Source: Bacteroidia bacterium (GTDB lineage: Bacteria; Bacteroidota; Bacteroidia; SpSt-205). From it: DNA of 64,000 nt. The position numbers and the translations under genes are program-made. The stretch is taken from assembly GCA_025059535.1 (NCBI GenBank), contig JANXCX010000019.1, positions 68,363-132,362 of the forward strand. The letters are read 5' to 3'. Shown in pieces: positions 27,449-36,406 of the stretch (the stretch's first letter is position 1; each line of letters opens with the position of its first letter). The notes under the pieces are model-generated. The model worked only from the letters and a program-made list of their open reading frames with translations, was not told the origin of the DNA and did not search any database.

Positions 27449-28689
27449 CAGCGTCCGCTAACCTCTTGAATATAGCGAGCAAGCTCTTGCTGGCTATACG
27501 CCGTAGTAAAAACCTGATTCACAATAAAATAGTTCTGGGGATCGCAGCAGCGCGCGTAGGCGGTTTTGGCAAAGGTAAGCCGACTCTCTTCCGTTGCGAA
27601 AACTTGGCATACTTCGCGTACCTGTTGAGCAGAGAGGCAATTGGTCGCACTTACCTGACGAGCTATATCCAGACGTGCGGCTTCGGTAGAAGCTTGGCGC
27701 AAAGTTTGAAGGGCCTGGGCAAAGGCTGAAGCGCCCATACAAGGCACGCAGGTCCTAGAAGCAGGCGCCGGTGGAGAAGGCGTGGTCGGACAGCTATACT
27801 TTGCAGACCGACTTTGGACATACTGAGCCAGCTCCGTCCGGCTTAGGGAAAAGCCTAGGGCATCACCTACAACCAGGTAGTTAGAAAGATCATGCGTATA
27901 GTCATAGGCGAATTTCGCCAGCTCTAATTTGGCATTTTCCAGCGTAAATAAGCCTACTAGCATCTGGACATCGGCGGCACGCAGGCAGTTTCGGCTTATC
28001 ATGGCCTTGGCCATTTGCAAACGCGTATCCTCAAAGGCTTCCCTTTGGAGGGTAGCCGCTAACCGCTGAATTTCGGTACTCGGGGTAGGCAGCGGGCAAT
28101 TACAAGGCCCGACATAGCCTGTACCCACAGGCGTAGCCGAGGGAGTGGAAGGCACCGTAGGCGCCGACGCACTCGGCGCAGGGCTATTTACCTGCGTGCC
28201 ACTACCCGTCTGCACCTGAATAGTAGGATTGAAGATAATCGTAGTATTACTTGTAGCAGTATTTCCTGAAGAAGGAGGAGAAGCGGCGGGTGAAGGGGTA
28301 GAAGGGGCCGGTGAAGGCGGAGGCGCCGAAGAGATGGGGCTTGGTGTCGGAGTGGATGGCAATTCTTCTTCTATACGATTGAATAGATTTATTACATACT
28401 TATTTTTACGCTTACTAATGGCATAATACTCCGTATAGCCCGCCTCTATATAAAAGGTCTTTTTAATCTGTATTACACGCCCTTCACTGGGATGAATGTA
28501 GAGCGTGGCGCGCTGGGGCCCTTCGGGCAGGTTGTGGGCCTCGGCCCGCGTTACAGGCCCTTCCGTAACCCACTCCCCATTTAGAAATAAGCGGAAAGGT
28601 TCGCCAGTCTCAGAAACGACTACCAACCCTCCCGTAGACTGCGCCAGCAGATAGGTCAGCCAGAGGCCGTGGATGGGTAGGATTCGCAT
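27448..28689 (-). CDS. Secreted protein with two DUF4476-like domains and a P/S/T-rich linker
   Basis: Two repeats of F/E..RL..A......NCL....V......F..E..+L..AK.AY....D..NY..V. Confidence 0.8.
   Translation of the reverse strand: MRILPIHGLWLTYLLAQSTGGLVVVSETGEPFRLFLNGEWVTEGPVTRAEAHNLPEGPQRATLYIHPSEGRVIQIKKTFYIEAGYTEYYAISKRKNKYVINLFNRIEEELPSTPTPSPISSAPPPSPAPSTPSPAASPPSSGNTATSNTTIIFNPTIQVQTGSGTQVNSPAPSASAPTVPSTPSATPVGTGYVGPCNCPLPTPSTEIQRLAATLQREAFEDTRLQMAKAMISRNCLRAADVQMLVGLFTLENAKLELAKFAYDYTHDLSNYLVVGDALGFSLSRTELAQYVQSRSAKYSCPTTPSPPAPASRTCVPCMGASAFAQALQTLRQASTEAARLDIARQVSATNCLSAQQVREVCQVFATEESRLTFAKTAYARCCDPQNYFIVNQVFTTAYSQQELARYIQEVSGR
28080..28365 (-). repeat. Low-complexity Pro/Ser/Thr linker-coding region
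   Basis: PSTPTPSPISSAPPPSPAPSTPSPAASPP...SPAPSASAPTVPSTPSATP. Confidence 0.7.
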
Positions 28690-28693
28690 TTAG

Positions 28694-28701
28694 CAAAATT
28701 A
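28694..28701 (-). promoter_or_regulatory. -7 box TAATTTTG, 4 nt before ATG 28689
   Basis: Minus strand reads TAATTTTG-ctaa-ATG. Confidence 0.7.
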
Positions 28702-28764
28702 GCAAGAAAAATACGGCCTCCTTTGTGCAACCTTACCCCCTACCGCTAGCGTATAAATAGTGTT

Positions 28765-28971
28765 ATGAGAAAGATAGCGTTCCTGATAGGCGCCCTCTGG
28801 GGCGGCTGGGTGCTGGCAGAAACCGAAGCACCGCTAGTAGTAAAGTATGAAAACATGGAAAGGATTGAAAGCGTCTCTTTGTATCCGGGAGGCGCACGCA
28901 ACCGGAAGCGGTTAGTCCGAAAGTTCGCCAAACAACGCGAACGATGCTGGGGCGGGGTCTGTAGCCGATAA
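28765..28971 (+). CDS. Small putative secreted basic protein (68 aa)
   Basis: Signal-peptide-like MRKIAFLIGALWGGWVLA; AT-rich context before the ATG; fills an otherwise empty gap; followed by a hairpin. Confidence 0.55.
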   Translation: MRKIAFLIGALWGGWVLAETEAPLVVKYENMERIESVSLYPGGARNRKRLVRKFAKQRERCWGGVCSR

Positions 28972-28995
28972 GGCGCCATCTCCAGGTCTTTCAGT

Positions 28996-29036
28996 GGCGG
29001 GAGGCTATCCTCCCGCCTCTAATTTTTTAGCTTTTT
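28996..29036 (+). terminator. Intrinsic terminator-like hairpin, possibly bidirectional with atpG
   Basis: Perfect 9-bp stem GGCGGGAGG-CTAT-CCTCCCGCC (28996-29017) followed by T-rich tctaattttttagcttttt. Confidence 0.65.
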
Positions 29037-29042
29037 GGGGCT

Positions 29043-29894
29043 TTACTTTTTCAACGCTTCGGCGCCTGCCACGATCTCCAGCAATTCTTTCGTGATAGAG
29101 GCCTGGCGAGCCTTATTATACTGGAGCCGCAGGGTACGCAAAAGCTCTTCAGCATTATCTGTGGCCATTTGCATGGCTACCATACGTGCACTATGTTCAG
29201 CCGTAAGAGACTCTTGGACTGCATGGCTAAGAGCTATAGTAACATAGCGCGGCACAAATGCCGTGATAAGCTCAGATAAGCTCGGCTCATAGAGCCAAGG
29301 GCGAAAGTCTACCGCATTTTTTGGAGGCGAAAGGGGGAGAATGGCCTCACGCGTAGGAAGCGCTTTTCCTACTCCACCGAAGCGATTATAGAGCAGCACC
29401 ACTTGGCTATAAGTTCCTTGACTGAATCCTTGCCATAGCCGCTGCGCCTGAGCATAAATAGCCTCTACTGACACATCCTTGCCTCCGAAAAGATCCACTA
29501 GCTCCACCGAATAAGGACTTTTTCGGAAGCCCTCATAAGCCTTCTTACCCAGACACACTAGATGTACCTGGTCAGGTGAGGGAAGCTGGGACTGAATCCA
29601 ACGCAGCAAGCTGCTGTTGAAAGCCCCACAAAGGCCTCGGCTGGAGGAGAGAACCACATAGAGGGCAGGGGCATCAGGATTAGCCAGCTGATAGGGGTGG
29701 GGTTCCTCCAAAGCCGATAAAAGGGTATGCATAAGTCGCTCGGCGCTCTGGCGATAAGGCCGAAGTTGGTAGAGGCGTTCTTGGGCTTTACGCAGCTTGA
29801 CAGCGGCTATCATACGCATAGCCCGCGTGGTCTGCTGAATCGCTATAACGCTGCGAATTCGCCCACGCAGCTCGCGTAGCTTGCCTGAACTCAT
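29043..29894 (-). CDS. atpG: ATP synthase F1 gamma subunit
   Basis: RI.SV....Q.TRAM.MIAA.KL, RGLCG.FN, EH.ARM.AM..ATDNA and YNKARQA.IT.E..EI..GA. Confidence 0.97.
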   Translation of the reverse strand: MSSGKLRELRGRIRSVIAIQQTTRAMRMIAAVKLRKAQERLYQLRPYRQSAERLMHTLLSALEEPHPYQLANPDAPALYVVLSSSRGLCGAFNSSLLRWIQSQLPSPDQVHLVCLGKKAYEGFRKSPYSVELVDLFGGKDVSVEAIYAQAQRLWQGFSQGTYSQVVLLYNRFGGVGKALPTREAILPLSPPKNAVDFRPWLYEPSLSELITAFVPRYVTIALSHAVQESLTAEHSARMVAMQMATDNAEELLRTLRLQYNKARQASITKELLEIVAGAEALKK

Positions 29895-31486
29895 ACTTTA
29901 ATGCCCATGCCAGCCAGGACTTCCTTTGCTGCCCCTTCCAGCTGATTTTCCATCGCCTCATCTAAGTAGCCCTGGCGAATCTTATCCAGCAAAGGGCGAT
30001 AGGCCGCTTCCAAAAGGCGGATATATTGAGCCTCAAACTCGCGCACTTTTTCCACGGGCACCTTATCCAGTAGGCCGCGCGTGCCAGCGAAAATCACCGC
30101 TACCTGATGTTCCACCTTTACGGTTTGATATTGCGGCTGCTTGAGAAGCTCTACAAGGCGCCGGCCCCGCTCTATCTGACGCAGTGTGGCAGGGTCTAGA
30201 TCCGAACCGAACTTCGCAAAAGCCTCCAGCTCACGATATTGCGCTAGTTCCAGCTTGAGGCGTCCAGCCACGCGCTTCATAGGCTTTATCTGTGCGGCGC
30301 CACCTACGCGTGAGACAGAGATGCCCACATTGATAGCTGGACGGACCCCTGCGTTGAAAAGCCCGGGCTCTAAGTAAATCTGACCATCGGTAATAGAAAT
30401 CACATTGGTAGGGATATAGGCCGCTACGTCGCCCGCCTGCGTCTCAATAATCGGGAGCGCCGTAAGGGAACCGCCGCCTTTCACAATAGGCCGGAAACTC
30501 TCCGGCAGGTTATTCATCTTACGAGCCACTTCATCCGAGTCAATAATTTTAGCCGCACGCTCCAAAAGGCGCGAGTGGAGATAGAAAATATCCCCTGGAT
30601 AGGCTTCACGCCCTGGGGGACGACGCAAAAGCAAAGAGACTTCCCGATAGGCGGCAGCCTGTTTGGAAAGATCATCATAAATCACGAGGGCATGTCGGCC
30701 GCTGTCCCGAAAATATTCCCCAATAGCCGCGCCGGCATAGGGGGCGAGATAAACCAGCGGCGCTGGATCCGAAGCTGAAGCCGCTACCACAATCGTATAG
30801 GGCATGGCCCCATACCGCTCCAGCGTAGCCACAGTCTGAGCGATCGTGGAAGCTTTCTGCCCACAGGCTACATAAATGCAATACACCGGCTCACCCCGCT
30901 CGTAATTTTCTCGCTGATTTATGATAGTATCTAGAGCTATGGCGGTTTTACCCGTAGAGCGATCGCCGATTATGAGCTCCCGCTGACCCCGGCCAATCGG
31001 AATCATAGCATCTATGGCCTTTATGCCGGTTTGGAGGGGCTGGTGGACTGGCCGCCGAAAGATCACCCCTGGCGCTTTCCGCTCGTAGGGCGATTCAAAG
31101 TAGGGCCCTTCTATAGGTCCTTTTCCATCTAAAGGCTCCCCTAAAGGATTAATTACCCGCCCTAGCATCTTCTCGCTTACCAAAATAGAGGCGGTTCGGT
31201 GGAGGCGCTTCACCCGATCGCCTTCATGCACCGTCGTAGAAGCCCCCATAATAACTGCCCCTACATTATCCTCTTCTAGGTTGAGTACGATCCCTTTCGT
31301 GCCACTGGCAAATTCTATCATTTCGCCCGCTTCCACTTCGGTAAGGCCGTAAATGCGCGCAATTCCATCCCCCACTTGGAGGACGATGCCCACCTCTTCC
31401 AGCTCCTTGGCCGAGAGCTCTCCGGCAAGCTGCTGCTCCAGGAGAGCTGTAACTTCATCTGGCCGAAGCTCCGTTATGGCTTTCAT
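29891..31486 (-). CDS. atpA: ATP synthase F1 alpha subunit
   Basis: [26 protein letters not shown] and the Bacteroidota-type insert before GGGSLTALP. Confidence 0.98.
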   Translation of the reverse strand: MKAITELRPDEVTALLEQQLAGELSAKELEEVGIVLQVGDGIARIYGLTEVEAGEMIEFASGTKGIVLNLEEDNVGAVIMGASTTVHEGDRVKRLHRTASILVSEKMLGRVINPLGEPLDGKGPIEGPYFESPYERKAPGVIFRRPVHQPLQTGIKAIDAMIPIGRGQRELIIGDRSTGKTAIALDTIINQRENYERGEPVYCIYVACGQKASTIAQTVATLERYGAMPYTIVVAASASDPAPLVYLAPYAGAAIGEYFRDSGRHALVIYDDLSKQAAAYREVSLLLRRPPGREAYPGDIFYLHSRLLERAAKIIDSDEVARKMNNLPESFRPIVKGGGSLTALPIIETQAGDVAAYIPTNVISITDGQIYLEPGLFNAGVRPAINVGISVSRVGGAAQIKPMKRVAGRLKLELAQYRELEAFAKFGSDLDPATLRQIERGRRLVELLKQPQYQTVKVEHQVAVIFAGTRGLLDKVPVEKVREFEAQYIRLLEAAYRPLLDKIRQGYLDEAMENQLEGAAKEVLAGMGIKV

Positions 31487-31491
31487 ATGCG

Positions 31492-32034
31492 TTAGGCTTG
31501 AAGGAGTTTCTTACGAATGGCTTGGAGTTGGCCCCGCACACTTAGGTCAGCGGCTTTAGAGCCCAGCTCCACAATAAACCCACCAATCAGCGCTGGCTCA
31601 AGGATTTCATTCAGAAGCACTTCTTCGGCGTTGTAGGCCTGCTGCAATTTGCGCACTAGCGCTAGTCGAGTGGCTTCGTCCAGGGGCTGGGCCGACCGTA
31701 GCACCACTCGCAGACGCTTTTTATAGCCATCGTAGAGCTCCCTAAACTCCTCCCAGGTATCGGCTAAAAGGGCCTCTCGGCCGCGCCGAGTAACAAGCTC
31801 TATGAAAGTCCAGAGAAGAGGGGACAGATGCGGCTGAAGGGCACGACGCAACCACCCCAGCTTTTGCTGGGCCCTATAAGTGGGATTCGTCAGAAGGCTG
31901 CGTAGAAGAGGGGTCTGCGGCTGGAGTTTCCGAAGGGCCTCTACTTCCTGCGCCAGAGCGTCTAACTCGCCCCGCCGCAGGGCTAAATCAAAGAGTGCTT
32001 GCGCATACCGCCGAGCAATAACCCTTGGACTCAT
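31492..32034 (-). CDS. atpH: ATP synthase delta subunit
   Basis: [17 protein letters not shown] and DLS. Confidence 0.93.
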   Translation of the reverse strand: MSPRVIARRYAQALFDLALRRGELDALAQEVEALRKLQPQTPLLRSLLTNPTYRAQQKLGWLRRALQPHLSPLLWTFIELVTRRGREALLADTWEEFRELYDGYKKRLRVVLRSAQPLDEATRLALVRKLQQAYNAEEVLLNEILEPALIGGFIVELGSKAADLSVRGQLQAIRKKLLQA

Positions 32035-32035
32035 A

Positions 32036-32530
32036 CTAATTCAGGCGAATTTCAGCCACTAACTTTTCGGCATAAGCCCGAGCCTTTTCGGGTTCTTTGA
32101 AGTGATCCTCTAGAATTTTTTGGGCTATTTCTAAGGAAAGGCGCACAGCATAGATGCGCATTTCTTGGAGGAGCCGCTCGCGCTGCTGCTGAATCTGCTG
32201 CTGGGCTGTAGCCAAAATACGCTCTGCTTGCCGTTGGGCCTCTTCGCGTGCCTGCTCCACTATATCTTCTCGCAGTTTCTGGGCTTGGGCTAAAATCCGC
32301 TCGCGCTCTTGAGCGGCTTCCATTTGGAGGCGCTCCTGCTGCTGCTTCATAAGCTCCACCTCCGTCCGAGCTCGCTCAGCAGCCGTCAGGGCCTCCGCTA
32401 TGCGCTTCTCTCGCGCATCCAAGGCCGCCAAAATAGGACGCCACGCATACCGCGTGAGAAGCCAAAGAAAAATAAAGAATATGACCGCACTCCAAAAAAA
32501 TAGCCCAAAACGCGGCAAAACGAGTTCCAT
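32036..32530 (-). CDS. atpF: ATP synthase F0 subunit b
   Basis: P.FGLFFW...F.....L..YAW.PI..AL..RE..I followed by a coiled coil. Confidence 0.93.
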   Translation of the reverse strand: MELVLPRFGLFFWSAVIFFIFLWLLTRYAWRPILAALDAREKRIAEALTAAERARTEVELMKQQQERLQMEAAQERERILAQAQKLREDIVEQAREEAQRQAERILATAQQQIQQQRERLLQEMRIYAVRLSLEIAQKILEDHFKEPEKARAYAEKLVAEIRLN

Positions 32531-32539
32531 AGGTCAGCG

Positions 32540-32547
32540 CAAACTTA
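32540..32547 (-). promoter_or_regulatory. -7 box TAAGTTTG, 9 nt before atpF
   Basis: Minus strand reads TAAGTTTG-cgctgacct-ATG. Confidence 0.65.
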
Positions 32548-32585
32548 CGCAAAAAAGGCTAAGGCCTCTCCTTACCAAACCTCCC

Positions 32586-32593
32586 TATCTTTG
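32586..32593 (+). promoter_or_regulatory. -7 box TATCTTTG, 6 nt before ATG 32600
   Basis: TATCTTTG-cccacc-ATG. Confidence 0.7.
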
Positions 32594-32599
32594 CCCACC

Positions 32600-32980
32600 A
32601 TGAATGCCCGAGGATGGGCCGCTATAGCCCTGCTTGGCCTTTCCAATTTATTCATGACGCTGGCATGGTATGGCCATCTACGCTACCGCCCCGAGACCAA
32701 GCTCTCTCTCAGGAGCTGGCTCACGGTGGTACTGAGCAGCTGGGGCATAGCCCTATTTGAATATCTCCTCCAAGTGCCAGCCAATCGCCTGGGCTTTCGT
32801 GGCACAGGCGGCCCCTTCTCCCTACCTACCCTGAAAGTCATTCAAGAAGCCATCTCCATCTTTGTATTTGTTCTAGTGGTTCGCGTACTTTTTCAAAATG
32901 AGCCGCTAGGGTGGCGCCAATGGCTAGCGTTTGGACTTGTCCTTCTGGCCGTGGGGCTTACTTGGTCTGATCCAAACTAA
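32600..32980 (+). CDS. DMT-family small membrane protein (DUF486-like)
   Basis: SN.FMT.AWYGHL, SWGIA.FEY..QVPANR.G and LKVIQE.I. Confidence 0.88.
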   Translation: MNARGWAAIALLGLSNLFMTLAWYGHLRYRPETKLSLRSWLTVVLSSWGIALFEYLLQVPANRLGFRGTGGPFSLPTLKVIQEAISIFVFVLVVRVLFQNEPLGWRQWLAFGLVLLAVGLTWSDPN

Positions 32981-33001
32981 GTCAAGCCCTAAGCGCGACG
33001 T

Positions 33002-33709
33002 ATGAGCTCCCTAGCAGAACTCTTTATTGGTCTTTTCACCCTAACCCTAATGGAAATAGCCTTGGGGATAGACAATCTTATTGTAGTGGGTCTTATTCTT
33101 TCGGCTGCCCCAGCGGCGCACCAGCGTTGGCTATGGCGCTTCTGGATGTTATATGCGCCTCTTATACGACTTTTCCTTCTTACGGCCCTGGTAGGCCTTT
33201 TAGCCCAAAGCCGGCCACTCTTTTCGGTGCTGGGTTACCCTTTCAGCCTGCGCCACTTACTCCTACTGGGCGGAGGCCTCTTTCTCCTTTACAAAGGCGT
33301 GCGAGAAATCCACAGCAAATTAGAAGGTAGCCGCACCGACACCCCCAAAAAATCCTTGAGTAGCCTTTTCGCCGCTATCGTCCAAATAGCCATAGTGGAG
33401 ATAATTTTTTCGGCCGACTCTATTCTGACGGCCATAGGTATGACCCAAAATCTTGTAATAATGTGGCTTTCTATCTTGCTTTCTTTGGGTATTACCCTTT
33501 GGGCGGCGCGCTGGATTCAGCGCCTTTTAGCCAATCACCCTACTCTAAAGATACTTGCGCTGGCCTTTCTTCTACTTATAGGGGTACTGCTGGTAGGGGA
33601 GGGCACTGGCCTCCATGTGCCTAAGGGGTATCTCTACTTTGCTATTCTTTTTTCGCTGGGCGTGGAATGGCTAAATATACGGGCTGGGCTTCGGCATCAG
33701 GAGCGCTGA
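33002..33709 (+). CDS. TerC family membrane protein
   Basis: EI.LGIDN, GGLFLL.K...EIH..LEG, FS.DSI.TA.G and HP.LK.LAL.FL.LIG..L..EG. Confidence 0.92.
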   Translation: MSSLAELFIGLFTLTLMEIALGIDNLIVVGLILSAAPAAHQRWLWRFWMLYAPLIRLFLLTALVGLLAQSRPLFSVLGYPFSLRHLLLLGGGLFLLYKGVREIHSKLEGSRTDTPKKSLSSLFAAIVQIAIVEIIFSADSILTAIGMTQNLVIMWLSILLSLGITLWAARWIQRLLANHPTLKILALAFLLLIGVLLVGEGTGLHVPKGYLYFAILFSLGVEWLNIRAGLRHQER

Positions 33710-34515
33710 TTTTGCGCTTGCTCCAGCGCGGCGCGTAGACTACCGGTTCGGCGCAGGAGGTCTTCCGCTTCGGCACGTGGGAGGCCTGTGGCTTCTTCTA
33801 AATAGCGCAGCGCCCGTAGCCATAGTTTGCGATTCACAAGCTGGAGGTCTATCATGCGCCCTTGCCGTACGCGCCCTAGCTGCGTAAAGGCCACCGTGCT
33901 GATCATATTCAGCACGAGCTTTGTAGCGGTGCCGGCTTTGAGGCGCGTGCTGCCCGCCAGCACCTCAGGCCCTGTGAGTACGACGATAGGATACTGGACC
34001 AGCTTCTCCAAGGGCGTGTCGGGATTAGCGGTAATGGCCGCCGTAAGGAGGCCCTGACTCCGCGCCCAGGTCACCGCCGCTAATACGTAAGGCGTGCGGC
34101 CGCTGGCACTGATACCTACTACGGTATCTTGGAGAGTTGGAGAAAGGGCGCTGAGGTCTCTTTGAGCGGCTTCGGTATTGTCTTCCGCTGCTTCTACAGG
34201 GCCTCGGAGAGCGGCTTCCCCGCCGGCAATAAGCCCTACTACCTGACCCGGGGCGGCCCCAAACGTAGGCAGGCACTCGGCGGCATCCAGCACCCCTAAG
34301 CGCCCACTTGTACCTGCGCCCACATAGATAAGGCGCCCGCCAGCCCGCAGGCGCGGCACAAGCGCCCGAATAAAAGCGGCCACCTGCGGAATAGCCGCCT
34401 CCACCGCCGCCACCGCCTTCTTATCCTCGGCGTTCATTACCCGCAGAAGCGCTTCTACCTCCCACTCCTCTATCGGCCCATAGCCCGAATCCTCCTCCGT
34501 AATCCAACGGCTCAT
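33697..34515 (-). CDS. murQ: N-acetylmuramic acid 6-phosphate etherase
   Basis: GAGTSGRLGVLDAAEC.PTFG, ASGRTPYV and GPEVL.GSTRLKAGTA.KLVLNMIST. Confidence 0.95.
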   Translation of the reverse strand: MSRWITEEDSGYGPIEEWEVEALLRVMNAEDKKAVAAVEAAIPQVAAFIRALVPRLRAGGRLIYVGAGTSGRLGVLDAAECLPTFGAAPGQVVGLIAGGEAALRGPVEAAEDNTEAAQRDLSALSPTLQDTVVGISASGRTPYVLAAVTWARSQGLLTAAITANPDTPLEKLVQYPIVVLTGPEVLAGSTRLKAGTATKLVLNMISTVAFTQLGRVRQGRMIDLQLVNRKLWLRALRYLEEATGLPRAEAEDLLRRTGSLRAALEQAQNQRS

Positions 34516-36374
34516 ACGCTTACGGTCTCATAGGCCCGCCGCTGTAGCTTCCCCTCATAAAACTGCATAAAAGCCAAATTGACCTGACGGTAGCCGCCTG
34601 GCGTAGGGTAGTCGCCCGTAAAGTACCAATCCCCCCGATGATTCGGAAGCGCCTTGGAAAGGTTTTGGATAGGCTGAAAGACCAAAATTAACGGAATATC
34701 CATCTCGGGCGGCTTTACAAGCTCGGCTATTTTAGCGGCTATTTGGGCTTCGGTAAAAGGCGCATAAATCGCCTTGACAAAGTTATTCTGAACAAAGGCT
34801 TCTGTCCCGTAGGCACGCTGGCACAGTGCATAGGTATGATGAAGGATTTCGGTAAGGTGGTGCTCTTCTAACAGGCGCACCGCCGCGCGAAAGGCTATTA
34901 GGTCGCCCAAAGCCGCCATATCTATCCCATAGAAGTCAGGATAGCGCAGCTGAGGTGCCGTAGAGGCGATAATAAGGCGCGCTGGCCGAAGACGCAGAAG
35001 CGTGCGCAATAGGGTTTCGCGCAGCGTAGTACCCCGCACGATAGAATCATCCAGGCATACCAGCGTATCTTGGCCCGGCTCCAATACATCATAAATCACA
35101 TCATATACATGGCGAGCCATGCTGGTGCGCAAGGCTGGGGCCGAAATAAAGGTACGACTCTCGGTATCCTTCCAAATAAGATACTCCGCCCGAATGCGTT
35201 GAGGCAAAAGGCGCCGCCACTCCTCCTCCGAAAGAGAGCCGGAGCGAAGCTGACGCAGCTGCTCTGAGGCAAGGATATTTTCCAATTCCTTTATAAGGCC
35301 CCAGAAGGCCGATTGGGCGGTATTTGGAATGTAGGTAAAGACGACGCGGTCAAACTTGTAGTCCAGCAAACGGGCGATTTCGTGGGCTAAGAGGGCGCCC
35401 AGGGTTTTACGCTCGGTGTATATATGGGGCGAATTGCCCCGGGAGAAGTAGATGCGTTCAAAGCTACAGCGGCTGGGTTTGGGGGCGGCTTGGGCAAAAG
35501 GCTGTACCTGCCAAGTACCGTCGGGCGCCACCGTAAGGGCGTGTCCCGGCGGTAGCTCGCATACGGCGGAGGGTGAGACACCGAAAACATTGTGAAGGGC
35601 AGCGGCTTCGGAAGCCACAGCCAAGACCTCCGGCAGCGCTAAGTAATAAGCCGGCCGAATGCCCCACGGATCGCGCATTACAAAGCCCCACCCGTTACCT
35701 ATCCAGCCTGCTATCACATACCCACCATCCCAGCGACGAGCGCTTCGGGCTAGCCACTCATAAATAGGGAAGCGCGAAGCAATGTAGGTGCTGGCTTCCA
35801 CTTTAGAAAGGCCCTGACCCTTAGCCTCAAGGTAAAGCGCCTCCACTATCTCATCCAAAAAATGCCCTAGGCGTTCTAAGATCGTATAGGTGTCGCTGCG
35901 TGAGATGGGATGCTGGCCAATTTCTATCAGCCTTTGGAAAAGTTCATCTACATTTGTCAGGTTGAAGTTACCCGCTATAGCGAGGGCGCGGGCGCGCCAA
36001 CTCCCACGTCGTAGGACTGGGTGAGTCTCTTCCAGCGTATAGCCCCCAAACGTACCATAGCGCAGGTGCGCCAGATAAGCCTCGCCCAAAAAAGGAAAAT
36101 CTTGGAGGGGTTTTTGCGCCTTTTCCCAGGCTTCCCATTCGGCCCAAATCCCTTCAATTAGGAATTTCCAAGAGGGGTTTGGCGTTATGAGGCGTCTTCG
36201 GAAAAAGTAGGGACGGCCGGGCGGAACGGTCAGCTTGAGCGTCAAGAGGCCGGCTCCGTCTTGGCCGCGATTGCGCTGCTTTTGAAGGAGGAGAGAAACT
36301 TTCTGCAGACCCCACAAAGGCGTAGGATAGGTCTCTAACGGTTGCCGAAGACGCAGCCATACAACCCCACACAT
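34512..36374 (-). CDS. purF: Amidophosphoribosyltransferase (long Bacteroidota type)
   Basis: N-terminal nucleophile MCG, NRGQDGAG, HLRYGT, GNFNLTN, RDPWGIRP, CSFERIYFSR and DDSIVRGTT. Confidence 0.92.
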   Translation of the reverse strand: MCGVVWLRLRQPLETYPTPLWGLQKVSLLLQKQRNRGQDGAGLLTLKLTVPPGRPYFFRRRLITPNPSWKFLIEGIWAEWEAWEKAQKPLQDFPFLGEAYLAHLRYGTFGGYTLEETHPVLRRGSWRARALAIAGNFNLTNVDELFQRLIEIGQHPISRSDTYTILERLGHFLDEIVEALYLEAKGQGLSKVEASTYIASRFPIYEWLARSARRWDGGYVIAGWIGNGWGFVMRDPWGIRPAYYLALPEVLAVASEAAALHNVFGVSPSAVCELPPGHALTVAPDGTWQVQPFAQAAPKPSRCSFERIYFSRGNSPHIYTERKTLGALLAHEIARLLDYKFDRVVFTYIPNTAQSAFWGLIKELENILASEQLRQLRSGSLSEEEWRRLLPQRIRAEYLIWKDTESRTFISAPALRTSMARHVYDVIYDVLEPGQDTLVCLDDSIVRGTTLRETLLRTLLRLRPARLIIASTAPQLRYPDFYGIDMAALGDLIAFRAAVRLLEEHHLTEILHHTYALCQRAYGTEAFVQNNFVKAIYAPFTEAQIAAKIAELVKPPEMDIPLILVFQPIQNLSKALPNHRGDWYFTGDYPTPGGYRQVNLAFMQFYEGKLQRRAYETVSV

Positions 36375-36378
36375 GCGG

Positions 36379-36386
36379 CAAATTTA
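36379..36386 (-). promoter_or_regulatory. -7 box TAAATTTG, 4 nt before the purF ATG
   Basis: Minus strand reads TAAATTTG-ccgc-ATG(36374). Confidence 0.75.
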
Positions 36387-36406
36387 GGGGATTGGGGGGC
36401 GGCGCC

